Shown piece by piece: positions 1-12,600 of a stretch of 64,000 nt of DNA. Under the pieces are notes generated by a model, which saw nothing but the letters and a program-made list of their open reading frames with translations, was not told where the DNA came from and did no database searches. Within the stretch, counting starts at the first letter, position 1; every line of letters starts with the position of its first letter. This DNA comes from Enoplolaimus lenunculus (lineage: Eukaryota): positions 62,001 to 126,000 of the forward strand of contig JASANG010003752.1 in assembly GCA_030248215.1 (NCBI GenBank). Direction: 5' to 3'. The position numbers were made by a program, and so were the translations under genes.

Positions 1-351
1 CTCGAACTTCCGGGGTAAAAATTCGACCGGAGCCTACTAAAGCCAGAGGTTGATTTTCGACCGGAATCGTCTAGTTATAACCTGGTATTTTCATATTGGA
101 ATACAGCTTCAAAACAATCGAGTTTGAACAAACAAATCGAATTAAAGCCACATTTCAAACGACCCGCTTACCTAATATATTGACACCAAAATTAACCATT
201 GCAGCGTTTTAAAATCACTACATACATATATCGCTACTAAAATTTTAATTCTATCCAGAGACAGGCGATACAGGGTTTATAAGCCCGGCGGGGTGGCTCC
301 CAAAAACGTCTTAACTTCGCCCGAACGCGACTGCTAATTCGATAGAAACTG

Positions 352-767
352 TCGGCGGAGGTACGGAATATCAACCCCCTAGGAATATTATGAAAAACAG
401 TTTATTTAATAGATTTCGACGCGCTGAGTCCAGCGGTACCATTTTTAAGGCCGCAGGGCCGTCAGTTCAAAAGATATGGCCATTTGAAATTCAACTTTTC
501 ACTATATAAACATATACAAACGCTAACCAAATTTGTATAACGAATAAACTTAGTAAAGCTTTACTTATACTTTACGAACATGTGAATGATAGACAGTTTA
601 TCTTCGAATCTGTGTGTATTTGGACTATAATTTCGCTGGCTTTAACTCTTGAACCGTTGGTCATTCTGCCACAAATGTGGTACCGTTGAATTCAGCTCGT
701 CGAGATGTATACGATGGACCACTTTTTATCAAAATCCTAGTGGGGTCTAGATTGCGTACTCCCGGCG
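352..767. mobile_element. Degenerate palindromic MITE
   Basis: GGCGGAGGTACGGAATATCAACCCCCTAGGA vs CCTAGTGGGGTCTAGATTGCGTACTCCCGGCG, plus inner inverted motifs TCGACGCGCTGAGTCCAGCGGTACC / GGTACCGTTGAATTCAGCTCGTCGA. Confidence 0.6.
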
Positions 768-2099
768 AAACTGTTCACAATATAATTCGTAAACCTAAGC
801 CAAGCCTTATTAGATGTTCCAGTTAACTGCTTGCAACAGTGCGTCAATCGGAAAGTATACGCAAGTACCCACCCACAACAAACACTAAGTACTGCTTGAA
901 TACGACCCTACGTATGCAGTTGTATCTTTCAAATGCAAACATTAAAGCCGATGTGGACAAATAATAACGAGACTTTATACAAACTTCAACAACAAAATTA
1001 AGCATCGCAATAGTATTACTTAAAAACAACTACTGTCCATAAAAAATAGTTCATTTCATATCAAGAGGGCAGTGCGTATACATTTTAAGTATATTAAACT
1101 TTAAAATTGTAACATTGCACCGCATGGTGAGACCGGATATCCATCCAGTTCCGGCAAAAAAATCAACATCCAACACCGTCTCCGGTACAATTTACATTGT
1201 CGCATATTCCTTGCTAAAAAATAAAAAAGGAACAGGAACGGGAATTTGAAATAATTTTCATTACCGAATTACTGCTGGACATTTTAGAAAAAAAGTCAAA
1301 AAAATCGCTTAGACGAATTTTCACTATTTTATCATCAAGTTTTGCGAAAACACAACTGAAACAGTTGATTAACAAAATTGTGAAGTAATCGGAAAACACT
1401 CATGTCGAAATAACAATTTTTCAAAAACAAAGTTTCCAATGTTTAAATAATTAAGCATAATTTGCCACAAAACCGTCAAAATTCCGGTTCTTGCATCTTT
1501 GAATGCACGAACAGGAATTGAATTTTTGCACGAATTTCGGTTGAAACCAGGTCTGAAGCCAAGGTGTGGCAGTAGCGGATATTAATTTACCGGATACGGA
1601 CCCGGATATTGCATTTTTTAGTCTGAACCGAATAGTAACCGGATATGTCACGTAAATATGAGCACTGTTATAAATAATTTATTCGCGCAAAGGTATATGT
1701 TTACTGAATTAAAATTAATTGTTAGCTTGGATTTTTAATTTTGTTTCAACGAGTGAAAAACTTAGCAGTTTTACTTGCCCTGGAAGGTAATCCTAGCAAG
1801 ATGTTAAATATGGTCCACTTATGAAAAGCAGTTTTATGGCATTCGGAACCACAACCGTAATGATCCTGAGATTGGAGTCGGACGACAGCCGAACAAACGA
1901 AAATGCTTGCACATAGTTTCGATTTGTTCAAAAACTTCTTCAGCTCCGAATAATTATTTCACAAATTACATAACATGTCTGTCTAAGACATAAAAACGAT
2001 ACAAATACGATGAGGTCATAAGCAATTAAATTTAAACTGCGGCTACTACTGACGAAAAACGAACATAAATGAATACATAGTATATAATATATAATATAT

Positions 2100-2498
2100 C
2101 AGGATGTAACCGGAATTCCGGATCCGGTTCCGGCAATTTTTGGCTTTCTGGTTCCGGTAAATTTTCATCGGAATAAACATTTTCCGGTATTAAATTAGCG
2201 TCGGTGCAAGTTAAGATATTTCACTAAAAATGACGATAAAAATTAAGTAGATTTCATTGTTATAGTATACAAACCTTGACAGTCGCCGAAAATAAAATAT
2301 CGAACGTAGATTGCGGTTCCGTGGATTATGAAAATAAAAAAACAACAGATAAAGTTAATATTTATCTCGAACTAATAATATAGCAAAAACAAAATTAAAA
2401 TGAATTTTTCGGTGACATCTATTTTTCATTTTCCGGTTTCGTTTCCGTAATTTTTTTAAATTCCAGTTCGAGTAAATTGCAAGTCCGATTGCACCCTG
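2100..2498. mobile_element. CAGGRTGYAA...TTGCACCCTG element embedded in TA microsatellite
   Basis: Imperfect TIR with CCGG subrepeats; relatives at ~22728-22805 and ~50342-50623. Confidence 0.55.
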
Positions 2499-2612
2499 AT
2501 ATATTATATATATACATATATATAATATATATACACATATATATACATATATACAAATATACATATATACATATATATGTACATGTATATAAATATATAT
2601 ATTATATATATA
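2499..2612. repeat. (TA)n/(TACA) microsatellite
   Basis: Visible directly in the sequence. Confidence 0.9.
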
Positions 2613-3079
2613 AAACCAGGGCGTGTGCTTTACAACGTACTGCCCTAAATTTAAGCAAAAACGACAAACATTAACAAACACAAACATTCGTAAATTGATC
2701 TTTCCGTCTCATTTTTTGTAATTTTTTGTAATAAAATAGCAAAATACAAATATCGAATGAATTATACAAAAGAAAATATTGCTTTAAATGCATATTTTAT
2801 GTTTGAACCTTGAAGACGGGAACACACTTAACTCCAGTAATTTTTAAGGTCACAAGTACTTTTTGTCTAATAAACCCTGTAAACATAAAAAAGTTTTTGT
2901 ACGTATTTACGTTTCGTTCAATTAATATCCGATTCCGCCCCAAAATCACCATGCGCTTCCGTACTTTCAGGTTTCAATAATTTGCCATCCATGTCTGTCT
3001 GCTAGAAATACAGCACCCAGTAAACGTCAGGAGTCTTTTGCAAACAAGCCTATCGAGCGAGAGAGAGAGCTTATTTCAT

Positions 3080-3312
3080 AGCCCGTATTCTCAGATGTAA
3101 GTATGTAACACCAATTACCAGTTTAGTGATAGGTCATGCTACTTTTGAACCAGGCAATTGTGAGGATTGAAAATCAGCAAATTTCTATTGCTTTCGATTT
3201 ACTTTAACTTCTGTACAAATTTTGAGTTCTGCAACATTGCAGCAGTTCGTTAGCTTGCAAACCTGTTGTTACTAACTGGTGATTGGTGCTCTATGCATTT
3301 GAGAATACGGCC
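3080..3312. mobile_element. GCCCGTATTCTCA...TGAGAATACGG MITE (Harbinger-like)
   Basis: Inverted termini; homologs at ~19515-19737 and ~40603-40825. Confidence 0.68.
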
Positions 3313-6265
3313 ACTGGCCTCAAGCAAGCATCCAACACGTTACTCTAAAGCCTGTATAAACGTGGCTTTATTTCTCTAATCTCTACAAATATCCGAATTC
3401 AAATTTATTACTCTTCTATCCTTTTGTATACCCCCCTCGGCCGATAATTATTTCATCTGTGGCTACAAACTCGACACCGGAACAAACGCTGACAAATATC
3501 AAAAGGGGGGCGGCGCGGGGTGAGGCGGCGAGCGAAGGCAAAGACCAAAATTTAAAAACGGCATGCAAAACACTACATTCTCGACACTATGAATCATAAA
3601 TATTTGAGTTCAAAAACTACAATCTCATGAAACTCGTACTCAAATTTAGCGAACATTGTCGCTTTAAACAGCTTCTGTCAGTTTAACAAAGCAATGATAT
3701 GTCATGAAAAATTTTAATACTCATAGATATATATATATATGTATATGTTCAATGAAAAACAAATACGTCATACTGTACAACTGCGTCGTACCCGGACATA
3801 GGGATGGATACAGGGCCGCACCCTCTTTGCGATTTCTGTCCAAAGGTTCCATTAGATATTTTTTCAGTTGGTAACACATCAAAACTACCCCCCTTTATAA
3901 ATCTTGATTATAGGAACGTAGCAGACCCTGGGTCATAGTTAAAAATTCAGTTATCATTTTAAATATTCCAAACCACTGCTGGGTGCAAACGAAATCCCTA
4001 TTCCGTCATAGGCGTAAGTGAGTAAAGATTTTTACCCGCGCTGCACTTTACCCTCTGAACCTTTATTTTTTACCCACGGATATATCAGCACAAAATTCCT
4101 TTACCCGTTACCAGCCTTACCCCGCCTTAAACAAATCATGGAGTAAAAAATGTAACACCGGATAAAATTTCACACTACACCTATCACCGGTAATACTAGG
4201 TTGTTTGCCAATGGATGATTATGATCAGTGAATTAAAACGATCTTATCTGTACGATATCTAAGATCGTATAATCACACATTTCTTTATCGTTTCGCCGCA
4301 ATTTGTGTTAAGATTTCATTCAGAAGCCAAAGAAAAATATAACCTGTATACGAACAGCGAAAAATCTTTCCAAATTACATGGTAAACCGTATTCCAAAAA
4401 TTTCTGTTGAAATGTATGTGTAAAGTATTCCCGCGTGTATGGGCCTAATTCAATCAGCACCGTAATCTTAGCAACCTGCTTTATTTGTGACAAATACTAG
4501 CTATACACTTTAAACCGCTGTTGGTACTTTTTTTATCAAAAATTTTATACGGGTAAAGAATTTCAAATTTTTATCCGTGTATTGAAATCAGCTCTGGCAG
4601 GTATGCTTTTTTCGCGTTTAAGCTGATGTTTGAAATTGAGCTTACAACGGAAAACTGCTATTTTTAAAGGTAATCTTAGCAACCTACTTTATTTGAGAGA
4701 GATACTAGCTATGTACTTTAAATCGCTGTTTGGCATTTTTATGCAAATTTTAGGCGGGTAAACAATCACAAATTATTACCCACGCTTTGAAATTCTCCAC
4801 CCGTTGGTATACCCGCGCCCAAATTTTCTTACCCGTACCCGAGTTATTCGCGGGTACCCGCGGGTAGCGTGCGACCCAGATTTTAGCTACAAATTCATAT
4901 CCAAAGTAAGGCTTGCTACACTGTGAAAATAACATTAAGCATCACTTTAATCGCCCGTAGTAAACGATGCGTTTTCTGTGTCTAAACTGAGCAGCTTTAA
5001 CCTCCCCTGACATTTGGGTGTATGGAAACAACGCAACATGGGCTGGGAACGTTTTTTTTCTACAAAAAATGAACCCAGCTACACACTCTTGTCAGCGATT
5101 ATCCATCGTTAGTAAAATCAAAAGTCAATAATGACTCTGGATAAGAGTATGCAACTTACGCAATATTCTGCAGCACTAAATATAGCACCACGCAGTGTTT
5201 TTGGTCGACATGCGTCACTCTTGTTGGGGGTCGATCTCACCAACTATCATGTTAAGTTCCGTTGAAAAACAGTCCACAAACTATAAACCGACCATTTTCT
5301 ATTGCTATTAATATATCACAATGTTTACTTCCCTACGCCAGAATGCACTCAGTTGCATACTCTTGTCGAAACTGGACAGTATTTATTCCTGAAAAATCAA
5401 AACAACATGATCATTAATCACAACTTACTAGTCTGCCAACTTTTCAAAGTTAGCGAAAGCACTAAAATTTTCATGCAAATTTTCTTTTCATAGAACAATT
5501 ACGTGTATATATTTGCTAAGAAATTATTGTAAACAAAATAATGCTGGAAATTTTCCCAAAATACGTATGTGGGGCCTTCCAACTTTAATATATAGATATA
5601 TAATATGATGCGGCAGTAAGTCGCATTCTGTATTGCGTTGTTGTAGTATCACGCGGTATGGCTATCAGACGCCCCCCTCCCTTAAATTGACTGTGTACGG
5701 TGTAGGTGTTTGGTCGTGTTTAAATATCATTGTACACTTTGTAGTAGCATGTGCCGTTATACGCACGATAAATATTTCGCACAAATGTACAAACAGCTTT
5801 ACCACTGAATTTGACAGGGGGGCAACGCTCAAGATACGACCATGTGATCCTCCATGTTTTTTCAGAGTGCGACGGATACTCACGTAGTTAGGCGAAAGTA
5901 AACGAGAAATACGGATTTGGGGGCTACTATAAACAGTTACTATATTAATTCAAGTAACAAATTCACAACCAATCAAACAACAATTTTGTCGAAACCAAAC
6001 ACAACTCAACAACAAAAGAACACCGCATAAGTGGCTTATGGTAACTACGTATGCTTTCCATTTTGTGTTAAATAATAATTACTGCAACAACAAACGAAAA
6101 AAAATGCAACTGGGCAAATGATTCAAACTTGCTAAAACAATACGTTACTTACCCAAAACATTAAAAATGTGAAACAATTAAGCTTTTTTTGTACATTCTT
6201 CTTCCAGGTTTTGGCTTAGGTTTAAGTTTAGGAAAAGACATACCTAAGCCTAAGCCTTTGTCTTA

Positions 6266-6385
6266 AGGTTGCACTATACTTTTCTGAGCCGATAGCTGCA
6301 CGGCGGCGTGCGGTAATTTTTAATCAAAAATTTTACAGCGCCGCGCGCCGGCGTCCAGCGACGCACGGCGAGTATAGCGCAAGCC
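6266..6385. mobile_element. Short MITE of the GGGTTGCGCTATAC family
   Basis: TTA|AGGTTGCACTATACT ... AGTATAGCGCAAGCC|TAA. Confidence 0.65.
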
Positions 6386-6691
6386 TAAGATATTACCTAA
6401 ACCTGATCCTTTACTAATTTGCAAACTTTCATACTTATATTGAGATACTTCAATATCCGGGCAGGAAACGGCGTACCGAAACGCCATTATGGTGGTAGTG
6501 GCTGTGGAGGTATTGTGGTAATATACTAAAATCAAAATATTATCGCTGCCCAAAGATCCATTTTGCAGTAACAGTTAGCTCTCGCTATAGTTTCGTGTAC
6601 AGCAACAAAATCTGGAATTATTTTCACACTTTCCGTTTGCAATTTTTTTCATATCCGGTTACACACACTGAACTGACAATAAGTGACTTAC

Positions 6692-9600
6692 CAAACTGCG
6701 ACCGTGGACCTCCACTAGAAGTTGTTGCCGGCTTTACCGCTGATGCTGCATTTTCCAATAATATTTGCCCATTTCCGGTGCGGCCTGGCAAAATGGCGCT
6801 GTTTGAATTTTCAGCCAGGACCGAAGCTTTGGTACCAAAACCTGTGGAAGGTTTCAAATGATGGGACGCGGTCTCCGAACTTTGCTGACAAACAGGTTGA
6901 ATAGATGAAAGATTTTGACTGTTTTGATCATAGCCAGAGCGATCTCTATCCATATTGTGCCCGCGCATTGCTTGATTATCAGTTGGAGTTGACGTATACT
7001 GGGGGGACGGAAAATTAATTGGACGTTGCTTTGGTTTCGTCGCATCTTGGTGATATGTAATCTCCAATGATGTAGTAGCTAAAACAGTGAAACTCAATTT
7101 ACACGTACAAAATTGTGCAGCTAAAACTCGCAGCTGCGACTTTTTCGCTGCAAAAACTTGCACGTGTGACTGGGGCTTTCGCTGTTCGTTGCTGTAGAGT
7201 TGAAAGCATTTTAAAATTAATCCCCAAACCCAAATTTTTCTAGAAAAAAATTCGAACCCGGAACGATTTGTTGTGAAACCACGGACCTGGAATTTCTCGA
7301 AGCAAAAACACGGACCAGAAATTTTTCTTGCCAGAATACCCGGAATACATGACCCGGATGCAACTAATTTTTTTACAAAACTTGCAGCTGCAAATTCTGC
7401 AGTATATATTTTCACGTGCGAATAAACAGGGCTTTAAAATCTGATGCCATATTCTCAAAATGTGCGTAGCACCTTTCATAAGAAAGTAATCGGGGCTTTT
7501 AAACATGGAACCTAAACATAACCACGACTAATAAAATACACAAAATGTCCAAACTCAGAATATACTGGTTCAAAAGTTACAATGCCTAATACCAAGATGT
7601 CAATGCCATATACAAACAGTCTGGAATACAGAACTTTTCAAAACGATATCGTTAAAGCTGTAAGGGTTCCCCTTAGTTTAAGCCACAGAATGTTGAGATA
7701 AAAATGCGTGAATTATCTATATGTAAAATTAGTTTTAAATAGCAGCACTGGCAACCAACCGCTTCCCAGATTCCAAAAAAATTTCCTCAGTGGCAACTAA
7801 CAAAAACTTTCAGGCTATACCTTCCCGATATGAAATCCCGGCTACCGGGCCCAATTTTAGCACCTACCTATGTCTGGCCGACTTTCCACTTGTCTACCGT
7901 TGCGTTCGTCTCTAAGAGACGTTGCTTTCTTAGGATTTCTATCGTCATTACTCAAAACGAGTCCACGACGACCAAGGGGCTGCTCCGGAAACTTTTCGAC
8001 TTGGCTATTATCACCAGTTTCGTCAATGAACGCAACATTGAACGTATTTCCTACTGAACTGATCCCGTCCGTCGGGTAGGAATGACTTGAAAGCACGCGT
8101 TGCCCTGAGACTTCAGTTTTGGCGGACTGTGACGCAGCTGAACGTTGACCTACCGTTCGTCTAGGCTTTGGCATAGGAACCGTACTTGTAGTTGTAGTAG
8201 TAGTCGTACTGTTTGGCTCAATTCCCGATATTTCACTTGCGATTGTTTGTTTACAAATGACTGAAGGTATTACGTTTGCTTCTGACTCTTGGTCAACACG
8301 TGGAGACACAGTGCTTGATTTTGTGCTATTCGATTTTTGAAAAACACTTCCTGCCGAATCGGTGCTATTTGTTGTTAAACTACTATTGCCAAGTGAACTA
8401 TTGCGGTTTGTTGATGACTGAAAACTTATTTTAATTAGATTACATGGCGGGTGCGCGCAGAAATATGTAAGTATGACAATTTCTCGCAAGTTCAGAAGAC
8501 CGAGTAAAAATTGGCCACAAAATTTCTACACATCGGTAAATTTATTCGTGGTATCAGCACTTAAAGATCATCTATATATTGCAGAGTGCAACCAAATACC
8601 CGCCTCCGGCAAAAAAAATCGACAACCGGGTCAAAAAGATGCTGTGGCAGTAAACTCCAGAATTTTCCAGTATCCGGTCAATCCCCGCTACGGTTACGAG
8701 GACCAACTGTTTTACTTACCTTTAACAAAAATTAAGGACCGCGCTTAAAAATTAACTAAACCATTGCTTACCAAGGCATCACTGTCACCGCCGACATTGG
8801 CAGGATTACGAGATCGTTCCCAACACTTATCAGCTTTTGAACTTCTTGGAGAATTCAACAACGTAATCTGTGCGCTACTACTGAAGCATTGCTGAGAGCC
8901 TTCAGTCTCTTTCCTAAGCCCCTGGTCACTCGATCCAGGCCCTACATTTGGTTTCGTATCATGTTTTAAAATGCCAACCCCCGCTGAGCTCGAAGAAATA
9001 ACCGCAGCAGCCCTGTCGCCTAAATTAGCCAACGCAGACTGGCAATAGATCCCACTTTTCGAATTCCAATTTAATGTTTCACCTGTTGCCGTATTACCGT
9101 TCGCAATCGATTTAGTTTCACCAGTGTTTGTTACATAAGATGCGTTATTTATCAAACAACCTTGCATATTCTGACTTGGATCTGTCGCCGAAATGCTTGC
9201 AGTTCGCAAGTCAGCATCCGTTGAACTGGCTGCGGTTCGCGAGCCAGCATCCGCCGAAATGCTTACAGTTCGCGAGCCAGCAGGCATATAACTGCGATTC
9301 AACACAATGCGTTGCGTTGAAACGCTTTGTTCTCGTTGATGAGTATCTAAACTGTCCCGTGCATTTAATGTTTGTGCGTTATTTTGAGTTACATGCGAAT
9401 CATCTACAAGAAATCTGTTTGAAGTTTCATACGCCGCAACACTATGTCTAACACCTCCCACATTAGAGAACAACGATTTGTTTCGTAACGGACTTTCATG
9501 AAAGAGTTCGTCGTCCGTAGCAGCTGCTGGATGTTGTTTTTGATGCCCATTTACCGTTGTTACTGGTTTTTGTTGGTGGTGTTGTTGTTGTTGTTGTTGT

Positions 9601-12600
9601 TGTTTTTGGTATTGTTGTTTGCGCAGTAGTTGTTGCTGTATCAAAGCATCACCTGTGCTACCTGGCGTCGAACTCCAACGTTGACTACTTTCAGGCTCAC
9701 TTTCATCCGATACAGGCCCAACTGTCACTACGGTCGCATTCTGTTGCCCCCTTGTAATTGCCGAGCCTATCAAATTTCGTCCTGCTTTCACAACAGACCC
9801 ATTCTGTACTTGACCCTGGTTCCTCGAAGTATAAGGTGCTGTCGAAGGTAGCGTAGTAACTGGTCGACCATTTATCTCAGCGCTTTCACTTACAGAGCCC
9901 AAATTAATCATGGCCACGTTTTTGGCTGCGATAACCGTTTGTCGTGACTTAGAATAACTATCACTGCTTGCAGAAGCTGGCTGTACCACACAAACATCCC
10001 CGTTAGGTTGACTCCGACTTACAGGATTTAAGCTGACACGACCAGGCTGAAATTTACAACTAATTTATTAAAGTTAAACACACAAGTAGACCAACACCAA
10101 CAACAAATACAACCAAATGGCAAGTTTATGCTGCAAAAGCTAATGAGCCACAAAAATACAGATTGAGACTTGAGGTGCCAGACCAGACAACGGATGCCGT
10201 ATACTTCTGAAAAGGACACGTCTCACACGCGTGGTTGTCACAAAGCAACTGGTGACTCACCGACAGAGTACCTGCACTATCCAAAATTTCACTTTACCTC
10301 TGCATTTACACCACTGAACCAACTCCGCGCTGTCAACCCAGGCATCAAACCAATTGTGTCAGGGAAAATATCCGCATGAAACTCATGATAACTCTAAAAT
10401 ATAACAAAGACAAATTCAAAAACCGTGTACAATCAGTACATAGAAATTAATCACAACTAAGATAAAATCCAAAAGCAAACGCAAACTTTGAACACTCTGG
10501 TTTCCATTCCAACTAAACTTTCAGTCGGATTCGTATCTTGTTTGAATCGAGATTATAACCGAAATCAGATTTCCTTTTGCGCCGACACAGCCAACTAAAT
10601 GTCTGATCGAAACGATGCACTCCCTCCGCATTGATCTCAACAAAATATGATTGAGTGTACATACCAAAACTTATTCAACCATGCGAGATACAAACTTTGA
10701 CTCGCGTAACTGGTTTTAAACAAATAAACTACGGCGTATTCAGATCTCAAAATCATGACAACGCAAGGTGGTACAGATAATTTTAAACAATATTATGCTA
10801 TAATTTCGAAGCATGCCGTTCAATGATTGGTCAGCTACAAAACCTACCTCTCTTTGAGTGAAAGGTTCTTCACCATATTTTTTATAAATATAGATCTCGC
10901 AGTTAAATATGCATAAGCTTTTTTGAATACAAGTCAGATTCCGAACGGTGCATTTTTGAAACGTCTTTCTTGTCGGTAAACCATCAGGTATACGTACAAT
11001 TAGCTACTACGTGTTATTTTGTTTAATCAAAAGTCACCGCAGAGAACATGGAAAATAATAAAATTGAAACGGCAGCCATTTGACACATCACTCTGGTAAA
11101 AACAAACCGATAACGGGGTTCAGATCAGAAGCAATCAAATTCCACCGACTTTACCTACCCGTCGTGGCACAATATAGCGCACAGGTTGTATTCCATTTCG
11201 ATGCAATAACAACACCCGAGCCACTTCGCCGTTCATTACATCGACGCTTAATTTTGGAATCAAACATGCACCCAAAATTTGGATATCTCCATTATGTGGC
11301 AATCCTACCAACAAAACATAAAACATAAACACATACACCAGAGTCCAACCGTATTTCAAAAATACAAAACGCAACCGAAAAGTGAAAATAATATTTGAAG
11401 AATTGTAATCCTACAACTTAATTTGGCTCGAAACGAAAATGAAACAATTTAAATGAAACGCATAGTAAAAAATACGAAATTAATATTTTCCACTGAATTT
11501 TTCATGTAAATTTGTAAAATTAAATTTTTTAAAATTACTTCCGCTCATAAAACAAAAGTTCACTGTCGTTACCTTCACAACCCAATGGATCATGCTCGTT
11601 AAGCTCGAAAAGTGACACCTTAGTTCCGCCCTAAAAACCATAAATATTTAATAAAATACAAGTAATAAAATAATAATAATATATAAAAATAATAAAATAA
11701 TATAATTGAACTACCAATCCATCTACAAATAGCTTAATTTAAAAACAATACAATTGTTTCCGCCAACCAAATCAATGGCGTGAAAATACCTTTCCAATCA
11801 GGAACACCAATTTTGTGTCACAATCATAGAACGGCATCAGAACGCTAAAATATAAGTCGAATACGATAATTCAAAAGCTTTGTTTTCTCAAATTTTTGCA
11901 CTATAGAATGCTAGATTTGGTAAAGTCTACGAACAAGTCCACTTCCCGAACGAAACTCAACAAACATTGGACAAACGCCTGGTTATAAAAAGCCCTGATG
12001 GTCAGTGTAATTTTGAAATCATATGCAAAACTAGTCTCCGCATAAAAAATTGCTACAAAACCGCAGCACCAACTACAAAAATAAAACGCTTTAAATTACA
12101 TTTTGGTCGACAAAATAATCAATGTAGATTATAAAGTTTTCACGAGGCTGTGTAACAGCCCAAATTGCATCTAAACACCTTGATGACAGAGCCAGAATCA
12201 AACAAACTAAAAACGCATATTTACCCAGTAGAGGCTTCCGTTTGAATGGTTCGTATAGGACTGATGACCGAACGAGTATCGAACAACAGAACTTCACGGT
12301 AGCGATTCTGACACAACACCAAATATTTAAATTATCAGAATGGCATACAAATAGCACAATATTAAACACAACATTTGTACAGCTTAGCAGAGTAACTAAC
12401 TGCAGAATATAGTCGCCTTACTTTCACTTATCAGCAAAAACTGTTCGATAATGACAATACTGTCAATTTCTCTACAAATACTGAAATCATAGAGACTGGC
12501 ATTGGTTAAACGAAGAATGCACAATAATCATAAACAAGAGTATACAAGTCTGCGGGTACCGCATGGCACTAAATGTACCGTCAGGCGTTGCGTTTTTGAC

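Noticed and set aside
2355..2687. Tyr/Ile-rich ORFs
   Set aside because: Translation of the TA microsatellite
2949..5927. Candidate further pod-1 exons at ~5883-5927 and ~2949-3002 (minus strand)
   Set aside because: They have plausible splice signals but no coronin similarity and uncertain phase, so they are unsupported without RNA data.
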